A DNA stretch of 64,000 nt from the NCBI GenBank assembly GCA_041687695.1, contig JAWLBL010000021.1:1-64000 (forward strand), in the 5' to 3' direction. Origin of the DNA: Myxococcota bacterium. Lineage in GTDB: Bacteria > Myxococcota_A > UBA9042 > PHBI01 > JAWLBL01. The position numbers were made by a program, and so were the translations under genes. Shown here piece after piece: positions 47,016-56,618 of this stretch; the stretch's first letter is position 1; the number at the start of each line of letters is the position of its first letter. The notes beneath the pieces are model-generated. The model was not told the DNA's origin. It made no database searches and saw only the letters and a program-made list of their open reading frames with translations.

Positions 47016-48092
47016 TCAGCGCTCCGGGGCGAGGTGGGGGTGGGCGCGGACCCAGGCGACGGCGGCGTCGCGGGGGAGGCCGCTGGTGACGAGGAGGTCG
47101 ACCATGCGGCGGCCGGGGTCGGTGAAGGGGAGCAGGCCGGTGACGAAGGGCTGGCCGTGGGCGCGGGCCCAGGTCAGGGCGTCCTCTATGTGATCGGTGG
47201 CGAGGACGAGGGCGCGGTGGGCGGCGTCGCGGGCGGGGCCGGCGGGGGCGGCGCACCAGCGGTCGGCGTCCCAGGGGACGGGGACGAGGGCGTTGCGCGG
47301 CTGGAAGAGGCGCTGGGGGTTGTCGTCGACGATGACGACGCGGGTGAGGGACTCGTCGAGGAGGCGGAGGTCCTTGGAGGGTTCGGTGACGGGGTGGCCG
47401 CGGCGGGGGCTCTTGCGGCCGGGGCCCTCGTGCTTGGACTGGCGGACCAGGTGGCTGTTGGTCAGGACGCCGGCGATGGCGGGGTGGTCGGGCAAGGGGG
47501 TGCCGTCGAGGTGCCAGGCGCGCAGGTTGGCATGGGTGAGGTCGTCGAGGTTGGCGGTGAACAGGACGATGACGGCGCCGAGGGCGTGCAGGCGCGTCAG
47601 GGCGTCGCGCCAGGCGGGGGCGAGGGCGATGCGGCGGGTGGAGCCGTCGGGTTGGGGGGCCTCGAGGTCGACGCAGGCGGTGTCGGGGGCGAGGGACTGG
47701 TCGTACAGGGTCTCGTCGAGGTCGAAGGCGACGATGAGCTCGGCGGCGGCGAGGCGGGCGGGGTCGAGGCGGCTCTCGAAGGCGCCGGCGCGGACGCGGC
47801 GGAGGGCTTCGTCGAAGCGGGCGGTGGGGTCGCCGGGGGCGGCGGCGCGGCCGAGGTCGCGGTAGTGGTTCTGCAGCTCGACCGCCTGCAGGCGCGTGAG
47901 CTGGTGGCGGCGCATGAGGGCTTCGATCTCGAAGAAGCGGACGTCGCCGGCGACGCTGGAGGCGTAGCGGTCGGTCCAGTCGGGCAGCGCGGGGAGGGTG
48001 ACGGCGGCAAGCGGATCGGTCGGGGCGGGCGGCGAGGTGGCGCAGGCCGAGAGCGTGGCCATGGCGAAGGCGGCGAGGGCGTGGCGGAGCAT
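47016..48092 (-). CDS. Lipoprotein with an NIF/FCP1-like HAD phosphatase domain
   Basis: Lipobox LSAC; FDLDETL, LFTA, KDLRLL and VIVDDNP...QP.N. Confidence 0.8.
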   Translation of the reverse strand: MLRHALAAFAMATLSACATSPPAPTDPLAAVTLPALPDWTDRYASSVAGDVRFFEIEALMRRHQLTRLQAVELQNHYRDLGRAAAPGDPTARFDEALRRVRAGAFESRLDPARLAAAELIVAFDLDETLYDQSLAPDTACVDLEAPQPDGSTRRIALAPAWRDALTRLHALGAVIVLFTANLDDLTHANLRAWHLDGTPLPDHPAIAGVLTNSHLVRQSKHEGPGRKSPRRGHPVTEPSKDLRLLDESLTRVVIVDDNPQRLFQPRNALVPVPWDADRWCAAPAGPARDAAHRALVLATDHIEDALTWARAHGQPFVTGLLPFTDPGRRMVDLLVTSGLPRDAAVAWVRAHPHLAPER

Positions 48093-48227
48093 GGTTGCTC
48101 GCATACGCGAGGGCCGGCTCGGTGGCAAGGGGGCGCCGTGCGACATTTGGGTGGCCCGGCGCGTCGCGGGGCTTACCAATGGCTGTTCGTTGGGGTTGTT
48201 CGCTGGCCAGCGGGGCGAGGGGGAGCG

Positions 48228-49460
48228 ATGAGCGACGACAAGACCGAGCAGGACCTCCTCGTAGGCCGCTATCGCCTGGACGACACCCTCGGGGTCGGCG
48301 GGCAGGGGCGCACGCACCGGGGCTTCGACACGCGGACCGGGCAGGCGGTGGCCATCAAGTGCCTCGAGCTGCGCGAGGTGGACGGCTGGAAGGCCTTCGA
48401 CCTGTTCGAGCGCGAGGGGCAGGTGCTGAAGTCCCTGTCGCATCCGGGGATCCCGCGGTACCTGGACACGTTCTCGGACGAGGCGAGCGGGCGCTTCTAT
48501 CTGGTGATGGAGCTGGTCGAGGGGGCGACGCTGGAGCAGCGCCGCCGCGAGCACGGCACGATGAGCGAGGCGGATCTGTGGGATCTGCTGGACCAGGCGC
48601 TGGACATCCTGGAGTACCTGCACGCCCGCAAGCCGCCGGTGGTGCACCGCGACGTCAAGCCGGCGAACCTCATCTGGCGGCCGGACGGGAAGCTGGCGCT
48701 GGTCGACTTCGGCGGGGTGCGGTGCGCGCTGCGGCCGGACGGCGGGTCGACCATGGTCGGCACCTTCGGCTACATGGCGCCCGAGCAGCTGCACGGCGAG
48801 GCGACGGCGGCGACGGATCTGTTCGCGCTGGCCGCGACGCTGGTGGCCCTGGCGACCGGCCTCGAGGCCGACAAGCTGCCCCGGCGCGGGCTGAAGATCG
48901 ACCTCGAGCGCGTCATGGCGCCCTCGGCGCTGCGCGATCTCCTGTCGCGCATGCTCGAGCCCGACCCCGAGCGGCGCCTCGGCTCGGTGCGCGCGGTGCG
49001 CGAGGCGGTCGAGGACGCGGGCGTCCTGGGCCCGCCGCTGCCCGACTACGACTACGAGGTCCCCGAGCCGGTGCGCCTGCTGGCCTCGTGGCGGCGCTCG
49101 TACCCGCTCATCGGGGCGGCGCTGTCCATCGCGCTGTGGGTCATCGCCACGACCCTGCAGGCCATGCTGTGGATCGGCGGGCACGTGGCGCTGCCGGCCG
49201 GCTTCGCCGCCGCCCGCCGCAAGGCCCTGCGCCGCGGCCGCCACCGCGAGGCGCTGACCCTCGAGGCCAAGGAGCGCCGCGCCATCGCCGCCCTGGAGGA
49301 GGGCCGCAAGAAGCTGGCCGCCCTCGCCCGCGGCCAGGACCCCGCCCAGGTGCTCGGCGAGCTCGAGGACCGCCAGCGCGAGCGCCGCGCCCGCGCCCTC
49401 GAGCGCCACCGCCGCCGCCACCCCCGCGGCCTCCCCCACGGCCCCCACCGCCGCCGCTGA
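48228..49460 (+). CDS. Hanks-type Ser/Thr protein kinase
   Basis: LGVGGQG, VAIK, HRDVKPAN, DFG and GTFGYMAPE; C-terminal hydrophobic segment and coiled coil. Confidence 0.95.
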   Translation: MSDDKTEQDLLVGRYRLDDTLGVGGQGRTHRGFDTRTGQAVAIKCLELREVDGWKAFDLFEREGQVLKSLSHPGIPRYLDTFSDEASGRFYLVMELVEGATLEQRRREHGTMSEADLWDLLDQALDILEYLHARKPPVVHRDVKPANLIWRPDGKLALVDFGGVRCALRPDGGSTMVGTFGYMAPEQLHGEATAATDLFALAATLVALATGLEADKLPRRGLKIDLERVMAPSALRDLLSRMLEPDPERRLGSVRAVREAVEDAGVLGPPLPDYDYEVPEPVRLLASWRRSYPLIGAALSIALWVIATTLQAMLWIGGHVALPAGFAAARRKALRRGRHREALTLEAKERRAIAALEEGRKKLAALARGQDPAQVLGELEDRQRERRARALERHRRRHPRGLPHGPHRRR

Positions 49461-49535
49461 CCGGCTCGGCGCGAGGTTGGGCCAAGCACCGTCCGCGTCT
49501 ATCCTGAAGGCCAGACGTCGTGGAGGACCACTCTG

Positions 49536-50135
49536 ATGACAGCCCACGCCCCAGGCAGCGGACCGGCCACCTACGAGGACCTCGAGCGCGTCCCCGACCG
49601 GCTGGTCGCCGAGCTCATCGACGGCGAGCTCTTCACCAGCCCCCGCCCGGCCTCCCCACACGCCTACGCAAGCTCGGGCCTCCTGGCGGACGTACGTCAT
49701 GGGTTCAACGGACCGCCTCGAACGGGACGGCCCGGCGGTTGGTGGATCGTTCACGAGCCCGAGCTGCACCTAGGCAGGAACGTGCTCGTTCCCGACGTCG
49801 CCGGCTGGCGCCTGACGACCCTGCCCGAGTTCCCGGTGGCGCCCGCCATCCGCACCGCGCCCGACTGGGTCTGCGAGGTCGTCTCCCCCAGCACGGCGCG
49901 CCTGGATCGCCTGCGCAAGATGCCGGTCTACGCCCGCGAAGGCGTCTCGCACCTGTGGCTGGTCGACCCCGTCGAGCGCTTCGTCGAGGCCTTCCGCCTC
50001 ACCGACGACGGCGCCTGGCTGCTCGTCGGCCAGTTCGGCGACACCGACACCGCCCGCATCCCGCCCTTCGACCAGACCGACCTGGAGATCGCCCAGTGGT
50101 GGCTCCCCGCCCCCTCCCCACCCCGCGAGCCCTGA
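49536..50135 (+). CDS. Uma2 family (PD-(D/E)xK) endonuclease-like protein
   Basis: AELIDGEL, EPELHLG, PDVAGWR, PDWVCEVVSPST..D...K and WLVDP. Confidence 0.93.
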   Translation: MTAHAPGSGPATYEDLERVPDRLVAELIDGELFTSPRPASPHAYASSGLLADVRHGFNGPPRTGRPGGWWIVHEPELHLGRNVLVPDVAGWRLTTLPEFPVAPAIRTAPDWVCEVVSPSTARLDRLRKMPVYAREGVSHLWLVDPVERFVEAFRLTDDGAWLLVGQFGDTDTARIPPFDQTDLEIAQWWLPAPSPPREP

Positions 50136-50169
50136 CCCGGGCTTGCTCCCCGATCGGTCGAGCCCACGG

Positions 50170-50200
50170 TTGACCAACCAGAGGCAACCCTTAGTCTGGT
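50170..50200 (+). promoter_or_regulatory. Putative sigma70 promoter with an overlapping inverted-repeat operator for the TA operon
   Basis: TTGACC-16nt-TAGTCT; an ACCAGA...TCTGGT inverted repeat overlaps it. Confidence 0.55.
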
Positions 50201-50216
50201 GCCTTGGAGGCGGCTC

Positions 50217-50450
50217 ATGCGACAGGTCAACATCCACGAGGCCAAGACGCACCTCTCGAGGCTCCTGGCGGCCGTCGCAGAGGGCGAGGAGATCGTGATC
50301 GCTCGCGGTGGACGCCCCATCGCCATCCTGAGCCCGTTCACGGGCGCTGCTCGCCGCCGTGAGCTCGGTCGCGATGCTGGCCTGTTCGTCGTGCCCGACG
50401 ACTTCGACGCTCCGCTTCCGCCCGACGTGCTCGAGGACTTCGAGGGGTGA
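50217..50450 (+). CDS. vapB: Phd/YefM family antitoxin
   Basis: VNIHEAKTHLSRLL..V..GEEIVIAR.G.P; GGAGG RBS. Confidence 0.95.
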   Translation: MRQVNIHEAKTHLSRLLAAVAEGEEIVIARGGRPIAILSPFTGAARRRELGRDAGLFVVPDDFDAPLPPDVLEDFEG

Positions 50451-50854
50451 GGATCCTCCTGGACACCCACGTTTGGCTTTGGATGTTGTCTGAACCCGAC
50501 CGTTTGGCTGACGACGTTCAGGAGATCCTCGCGGACCCGCGCTCGACACTACACCTCTCGGTCGCGAGCGCTTGGGAGATCGCCATCAAGTTCGGCTTGG
50601 GCAAGCTGCCCTTGCCCGAACCGCCCGCGACGTTCGTGCCGTCACGGCTGCTGCGCGACGGCGTGTCGTCCGTTCCCATCGAACAACACCATGTGTTGCG
50701 AGTCGCCGAGTTGCCCCACCACCACCGCGACCCCTTCGACCGGCTGCTCGTCGCGCAAGCCAAGGCGGACGATTTCACCCTCTTCACCGTAGACCAGGTC
50801 TTTGGGGCCTACGACCTCGCCTGGCGCGACGTGAGCCGCAACGCCGGGCGCTGA
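50447..50854 (+). CDS. vapC: PIN-domain VapC toxin
   Basis: ILLDTH, SAWEIAIK and HRDPFDRLLVAQA; GTGA overlap. Confidence 0.95.
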   Translation: MRILLDTHVWLWMLSEPDRLADDVQEILADPRSTLHLSVASAWEIAIKFGLGKLPLPEPPATFVPSRLLRDGVSSVPIEQHHVLRVAELPHHHRDPFDRLLVAQAKADDFTLFTVDQVFGAYDLAWRDVSRNAGR

Positions 50855-50869
50855 GGCCCAAGGAGCCCG

Positions 50870-51268
50870 ATGTCCGCCCCCGAGCTTCGCAACCCGCCGA
50901 GCGTCTTCGTGTACGACCTGGACGGCTGGACCGTCTGGGCCGGCCGCTCGGCGCGCGACAACGACCAGCTGTCCATCAAGGTCGCCCGAAACGACGACTG
51001 GTGGTTCCACCTGCGCGGCGCGCCCGGCAGCCACGTCGTCCTGTTCGTCCGCGACGGCGTCGAGCCGCCCCGCGACGTCGTCGAGCGCGCCGCCGCCATC
51101 GCCGCCTGGCACTCCAAGCAGCGCGAGGGCGGCCTGACCGCCGTCACCGGCACCCGCGCCCGCCACGTCTCCAAGCCGCGCGGCGCCCCGGCCGGCACGG
51201 TCGAGATCCGCAAAGAGGTCGTCTTCAAGGTCCGCCCCGCCGTCCCCGGCGAGCCGACCACCCTCTGA
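50870..51268 (+). CDS. Stand-alone NFACT RNA-binding domain protein (DUF814)
   Basis: GRSARDND.L, DWWFH....PGSHV, AA..AAWHSK and VSKP.GAP.G.V. Confidence 0.92.
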   Translation: MSAPELRNPPSVFVYDLDGWTVWAGRSARDNDQLSIKVARNDDWWFHLRGAPGSHVVLFVRDGVEPPRDVVERAAAIAAWHSKQREGGLTAVTGTRARHVSKPRGAPAGTVEIRKEVVFKVRPAVPGEPTTL

Positions 51269-51365
51269 CGGGCGGCGTGACACGCCCGCAACGGCCCCGT
51301 GGCGTTGCAGCGACACGCCCGGTCCTCGTTGACACCCGCCGCCCGGGCCACGACTCTCGCGGCCG

Positions 51366-53465
51366 ATGGATCCCTTCGTCTACCAATACGCCATCGGCGG
51401 CCTCGTCTTCGTGGTCGGCCTCGTCTACGCCTTCCGCCAGGGTTACGTCGGCCTGTCCGGCCGCCCGCTCCTCACCCTCCTCGCCATGGTCGGCGGCCTC
51501 GCCTGCTTCGCCGCCCTGCAGGGCTGGCTCGAGTACGGCGACATGGCCTCCCGTCCCGCCGTCCCCTACGACGGCGACCCCCTGCCCGACCGCCGCATCG
51601 GCACCCCGCTCGATTACGGCGTCATGATCGGCTACTTCGTCGCCATCCTCGCCGTCGGCACCTTCTTCGGCCGCGGCCAGAAGTCCACGAAAGACTTCTT
51701 CTTCGGCGGCCAGCGCTTCTCCTGGTGGCTCATCGCCTTCAGCCTCGTCGCCACCACCATCGGCTCGTACAGCTTCGTCAAATACAGCCAGATCGCCTTC
51801 CAGCACGGCACCGCCAGCTCCCAGACCTACTTCAACGACTGGTTCTGGCTCCCGCTCCTGCTCTTCGGCTGGCTGCCCATCCTCTACTTCTCGCGCATCA
51901 CCTCCATCCCCGAATACTTCGAGCGCCGCTTCAGCCGCCGCGCCCGCCAGGTCGCCACCTGGCTCCTCCTCGTCTACCTCGTCGGCTACGTCGGCGTGAA
52001 CCTCTTCACGATGGGCACCGCCCTCCACCACCTCCTCGGCTGGTCCATCCCCAACGCCGCCCTCCTCGTCGGCACCATCAGCGCCATCTACGTCACCTTC
52101 GGCGGCCAGACCTCGGTCATCATGACCGACCTCCTCCAGGGCGTGATGCTCCTCGCCACGGGCCTGGTCATCCTCGTCCTCGGCATGGACCACCTCGGCG
52201 GCGCCGACGCCTTCTGGGAGCACCTCCCCCGCGGCCACCGCACCGCCTTCGGCAACTTCAACACCGACCCCGACTACAACGCCGTCGGCATCTTCTGGCA
52301 GGACGCCATCGCCGGCTCGGCCATGTTCTACTTCCTCAACCAGGGCATGGCCATGCGCTTCATGGCCGCCCGCTCCGTCCGCGAGGGCCGCCGCGCCGCC
52401 GCCAGCGTCCTGCTCGTCCTCATGCCCATCGCCGCCGTCGTCGTCGCCTCGGGCGGCTGGGTCGGCAAGGCCCTCACCGAGGCCGGCGTCCTCCCCCCCG
52501 ACCTCCCCGCCGACCGCGTCTTCTACGTCACCGCCGAGCTGCTCGCCCAACCCGGCGTCTTCGGCCTCATCATGGCCGCGCTCACGGCCGCCCTCATGTC
52601 CACGGTCGACACCCTCATCACCGCCATCGCCGCCATCGTCGTCAACGACGTCTACCGCCCCACCCGCCCCCAGGCCCCCGAGTCCGAGCTGCTCAAGGTC
52701 GCCCGCGTCAGCTCCGTCGCCGTCACCCTCATCGGCCTCGCCCTGGTCCCCGTCTTCATGTCCTTCAAGTCCATCTACGCCGCCCACGGCGCCTTCACCG
52801 CCGCCGTGACCCCGCCGCTGGTCGTCGCCCTGCTCTTCGGCGTCTTCTGGCGCCGCTTCACCCCCGCCGCCGCCGTCTGGACCCTCGTCGCCGGCACCGC
52901 CGCCGTCGCCGCCTCCATCGTCTGGCCCGAGCTGGTCGCCCCCTTCGCCCACGGCGTCCCCGAGGACCCCACCGCCGACGGCCTGCGCCAGTACAAGTTC
53001 ACCCGCGCCCTGTACGGCCTGACCGTCTGCGCCGTCATCGGCGTCGCCGTCACCCTCTTCACCCGCCCCCGCGCCCTCGACACCCTGCGCGGCCTCGTCT
53101 GGGGCACCGTCGCCGACGCCATCCGCCGCTACAAGGGCGCCCCCGGCGCCGAGACCGAGTCCGCCTGGGCCACCACCGCCGTCGCCCTCCGCGCCGGGGA
53201 CGACGACCCGTCCGACCCCGACACCGGCCTGCCGCTGGCCACCCTGACGCGCCCCCTCGCCGACGCCCTCGCCGCCGCCCCCGGCGACCTCCTCTACGTC
53301 ACCGACGCCCGCGTCTGGCTGGGCGGCCTCCGCTCGGCCCACGTCAAGGTCGCCGCCGTCACCGACGCCTCCGAGCCGCGCCTCGATCTCCCCCAGAGCG
53401 CCTGGGAGGACGCCGTCGCCCCCCACCGCGCCACCCGGCCCTTCCGCGTCAAGCGCCTCTACTGA
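51366..53465 (+). CDS. Sodium:solute symporter (SSS) with N- and C-terminal extensions
   Basis: DFFFGG, SLVAT, PEYFERRF, GG..SVI.TD..Q and AALMST.D. Confidence 0.92.
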   Translation: MDPFVYQYAIGGLVFVVGLVYAFRQGYVGLSGRPLLTLLAMVGGLACFAALQGWLEYGDMASRPAVPYDGDPLPDRRIGTPLDYGVMIGYFVAILAVGTFFGRGQKSTKDFFFGGQRFSWWLIAFSLVATTIGSYSFVKYSQIAFQHGTASSQTYFNDWFWLPLLLFGWLPILYFSRITSIPEYFERRFSRRARQVATWLLLVYLVGYVGVNLFTMGTALHHLLGWSIPNAALLVGTISAIYVTFGGQTSVIMTDLLQGVMLLATGLVILVLGMDHLGGADAFWEHLPRGHRTAFGNFNTDPDYNAVGIFWQDAIAGSAMFYFLNQGMAMRFMAARSVREGRRAAASVLLVLMPIAAVVVASGGWVGKALTEAGVLPPDLPADRVFYVTAELLAQPGVFGLIMAALTAALMSTVDTLITAIAAIVVNDVYRPTRPQAPESELLKVARVSSVAVTLIGLALVPVFMSFKSIYAAHGAFTAAVTPPLVVALLFGVFWRRFTPAAAVWTLVAGTAAVAASIVWPELVAPFAHGVPEDPTADGLRQYKFTRALYGLTVCAVIGVAVTLFTRPRALDTLRGLVWGTVADAIRRYKGAPGAETESAWATTAVALRAGDDDPSDPDTGLPLATLTRPLADALAAAPGDLLYVTDARVWLGGLRSAHVKVAAVTDASEPRLDLPQSAWEDAVAPHRATRPFRVKRLY

Positions 53466-54067
53466 CCCTCGCCCGCCCGCTCCCAGGCCAGCTCCTCCAG
53501 CGCGTCCTCGCGCAGCCGCGCCAGCTCCGGCCGCAGCGCCGGGCTCGTCGCCGCCTCCAGCACGATGTAGTCGGACTCCTCGACCCGCTTGAGCAGCTGC
53601 ACCACGTCCGCGCGGTCCTGATGCCGCCGCGCGGCCAGCTTCAGCCCAAGCAGCCCGACCAGCCCCACGATGGCCGCGTCCTCGGCGCTGGACGCCAGCG
53701 ACCCGGGCGACGGATAGGCCGGACTCCCCGGCCGCGGCATCGGCGCCCCCGCTATCAGCAGGTCGACCGGCACCCCGGTCGCCGTGTGCCGTAGCCGCGT
53801 CGCCGACTCCCGCGCGAACCCGCACGCCGCCAGATGGCGCTCCAGCTCGGCCTGCGCCTGCGGCTCGACCAGCACGTCCACGTCGCGGGTCGTTCGCAGG
53901 TAGCCGTGGTGCACGACCGCCACGCCGCCGACGATGCGATAGGCCACGCCCGCCCGCGCCATCAGCCGCCGCAGGTCGGGCAGGACGAGGTCCAGCGGGC
54001 TGGCGTCCGGATCCATGGCGCTCGCGAACCTCCTGAGCGCTCGCAGGCGCGACTCGGTGCTCTCCAT
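53459..54067 (-). CDS. Putative nucleotidyltransferase (Pol-beta superfamily)
   Basis: IVGGVAV..HG..R.T.DVD.LV, VDLL and K....R..D..D. Confidence 0.75.
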   Translation of the reverse strand: MESTESRLRALRRFASAMDPDASPLDLVLPDLRRLMARAGVAYRIVGGVAVVHHGYLRTTRDVDVLVEPQAQAELERHLAACGFARESATRLRHTATGVPVDLLIAGAPMPRPGSPAYPSPGSLASSAEDAAIVGLVGLLGLKLAARRHQDRADVVQLLKRVEESDYIVLEAATSPALRPELARLREDALEELAWERAGEGQ

Positions 54068-54230
54068 GAGGCAAGTGTAAGCCCTCGCGGCGCCTTTCCG
54101 AAAGGCGCCCGCGGCCGCCGCCGGGGCCCTTGCAGCCTCCACGGCTCCCGCTCTAGGCTCGCCGCACCGCCGCCCGGAGCCCGCGAGACCCCGTTCGTCC
54201 CGCGGGCGCGATGGAAGAAATGGGGCCACC

Positions 54231-54848
54231 ATGAGACTGGACGCGAGATGGCATGCGACCTGGGCTGCCCTGGGCGCCAACGCCCCGGAGGCGGCCTGGC
54301 AGCAGCTACGGGCGGCCTACGCCGAGCCCCACCGCGCCTATCACACGCTCGAGCACATCCTGGCCTGCCTCGACGTGTTCGACAGCGTCCGCGACCACGC
54401 CACGCGCCCCGACGAGATCGAGGTCGCGCTGTGGTTCCACGACGCGGTGTACGACACCCGCCGCAGCGACAACGAGGCCCACAGCGCCGACTGGTGCGAC
54501 CGGGTCCTGTCCCAGCAGGGCGCCGAACCCGCCGTGCGCGACCGGGTGCGAGCGATGATCCTCGCCACCCGGCACGCCGAGCCACCACCCCCGGGCGACC
54601 CGGCCCTGCTCGTCGACGTCGACCTGTCCATCCTGGGCGAAGACGAGGCCACCTTCGACGCCTACGAGGCCGCCGTCCGCCGCGAGTACGCCTGGGTGCC
54701 CGAGCCCGCCTTCCTCGCCGGCCGCCGCAAGGTGCTGCGGATGTTCCTCGACCGCCCGCACGTCTTCGAGACCGCGCCCATCCGCGCCCGCTTCGAGGCC
54801 CGCGCCCAGGCCAACCTGCGCCGCTCCCTGGCGCGCCTCGGCCCCTGA
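54231..54848 (+). CDS. HD-superfamily metal-dependent phosphohydrolase (COG4339-like)
   Basis: YAEPHRAYHT..H, WFHDAVYD, NE..SA, D.DLSILG and VR.EY. Confidence 0.9.
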   Translation: MRLDARWHATWAALGANAPEAAWQQLRAAYAEPHRAYHTLEHILACLDVFDSVRDHATRPDEIEVALWFHDAVYDTRRSDNEAHSADWCDRVLSQQGAEPAVRDRVRAMILATRHAEPPPPGDPALLVDVDLSILGEDEATFDAYEAAVRREYAWVPEPAFLAGRRKVLRMFLDRPHVFETAPIRARFEARAQANLRRSLARLGP

Positions 54849-54950
54849 CCGGTCGCGTCTCGCGCGGCTAGCGCCTGACACGCGCGGCCGCCGCGGCTAC
54901 CATCCCGGCCGGCGCTGCGCGGGACGGCGCCTCTGCGGGAGGCAGGTCCC

Positions 54951-56618
54951 TTGGCACAGATCCTTCGCCGCGCTGCGGTCTTCTTCGCGCTGGTGGCCCT
55001 CGGGGTCGGCGCGTACCTGTGGCTCGAGCGCTCCAAGGAGCCGCCGCGCAAGCGGGGCGCCGGGCGCGAGCGCGGGACCGCGGTGCGCGTCGTCACCGTC
55101 GCGGCGACCGAGGTGGTGCCGCGGGTCACCGGCTACGGCGTCGTGCGGGCGCATCGGGCCTGGCAAGGCACCGCGCAGGTGGGCGGGACCATCATCGAGG
55201 TCGCGCCGGGGCTCGAGGTCGGCCGGGTGGTCCGCGAGGGGACGGTGCTCTTCCGCATCGACCCGGACAGCTACGAGCTCGAGCGCAGCCGCTCCGAGGC
55301 GACGGTGCGCGCGGTCGAGGCGCAGCTGGCCGAGATCAAGACCCGCATCGCTGGCGCGCAGGCCAGCCTCAAGGTCGAGAACAGCCTGCTGGCCCTCGCC
55401 AAGAAGGACCTCGCGCGCGTCCGTCAGCTGCGCGCGCAGGGGCTCAACGCGTCGGTCGAAGAGGAGGCCGCCGAGCGCGCCGTGCTCAACGCCGAGAAGG
55501 CGGTCAACGCCATCAAGGTCACGCTGGCGCAGCTGCCGGCGAGCCGAAAGGTGCTCGAGGCGCAGCTCGCGCAGCAGCAGTCGGGCGTCAAGGGCGCCGA
55601 GATGAACGTCGAGCGGACGGTGGTGGTCGCGCCGTTCACCATGCGGGTGCGGCAGGTGGGCGCGACGCTGCACCAGGCGGTCGGCTCGGGGGCCCTGCTG
55701 CTGGTCGGCGAGAGCGAGGACCTGATGGAGGTGCCCGCCCACCTGCCGGTCGGGGCCATCGGGGCGCTGCTCGGCCCGCGCGCGCCGGAGCCGCCGCAGG
55801 CCGCCCTCGAGGCCGCGGCCGTCGACGCCGAGGCGCCGCCCGGCGAGGTCGAGCGCCCGGAAGGTGACGAAGCGGCCGCGGCGGACGACGCGAAAGACGA
55901 CGCCCCGGCCGAGGACGCCGAGCGCGCCGAGGCGGAGCCGGAAGCGCCGGGCGGGGCGACCGCCGAGGCGGCCAGCGCGCCCGAGGACAACGCACCGAGC
56001 TCCTGGTCCAGGCGGACGAGCCAGATCCAGGCGAAGATCAAGCTGAGCAGCCAGGGCGTGACCGCCGAGTGGGAGGGGCGCTTCCGGCGCTTCGAGGGCA
56101 TCGACCCCGACACGCGCACGCAGGTCGTGGTGGTCGAGGTCGAGCGCCCCGAGCGGGGCGCGCGCCGAGGCGGGCCGCCGCTGCGCGCCGGGATGCACGT
56201 CGAGGTCGAGCTCAGCGGCGCGCCGCGGACCGGCTGCCTGTCCATCCCGCGCGCGGCGCTGCGCGGCGACACGGTGCACGTGGTCGACGCCGAGCGGCGC
56301 CTCGCGCTGCGCAAGGTCGAGGTGGATCTCGTCCAAGAGGCCTTCGTCTGCGTGGCGAGCGGCCTCGCCGAGGGCGACCAGGTCGTCGTCAGCCAGCTGC
56401 AGCCGGCGGTGGCCGGGATGCTGCTCGAGCCGCGCGGCGCGGACGGCAGCGGCGGGGCCAGGCGGCCGGCGGGCGCGCGCGGGCGGCCCGGGGCGGGCGA
56501 GCGGGGCGACGGCACCTCGCGCGCGGTCCCGGGCGGCGCGCGAGGTGCCGACGGCGACGGCGCGGCGCGTCCGAGCGGGCGGCGTGGCGAGCGGCCGGCG
56601 GCCCCGGCGGCCCCATGA
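54951..56618 (+). CDS. RND efflux periplasmic adaptor (MFP) with an acidic insertion
   Basis: N-terminal anchor, lipoyl halves flanking a coiled coil, APF, IDPDTRT, L..GM.V.V and GL.EGD.VV. Confidence 0.9.
   Translation: MAQILRRAAVFFALVALGVGAYLWLERSKEPPRKRGAGRERGTAVRVVTVAATEVVPRVTGYGVVRAHRAWQGTAQVGGTIIEVAPGLEVGRVVREGTVLFRIDPDSYELERSRSEATVRAVEAQLAEIKTRIAGAQASLKVENSLLALAKKDLARVRQLRAQGLNASVEEEAAERAVLNAEKAVNAIKVTLAQLPASRKVLEAQLAQQQSGVKGAEMNVERTVVVAPFTMRVRQVGATLHQAVGSGALLLVGESEDLMEVPAHLPVGAIGALLGPRAPEPPQAALEAAAVDAEAPPGEVERPEGDEAAAADDAKDDAPAEDAERAEAEPEAPGGATAEAASAPEDNAPSSWSRRTSQIQAKIKLSSQGVTAEWEGRFRRFEGIDPDTRTQVVVVEVERPERGARRGGPPLRAGMHVEVELSGAPRTGCLSIPRAALRGDTVHVVDAERRLALRKVEVDLVQEAFVCVASGLAEGDQVVVSQLQPAVAGMLLEPRGADGSGGARRPAGARGRPGAGERGDGTSRAVPGGARGADGDGAARPSGRRGERPAAPAAP

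Noticed and set aside
54231..54848. NMDA-receptor-like subunit linked to the ion channel
   Set aside because: This family is often mislabelled as an NMDA receptor subunit, but the sequence is a soluble HD phosphohydrolase unrelated to channels.
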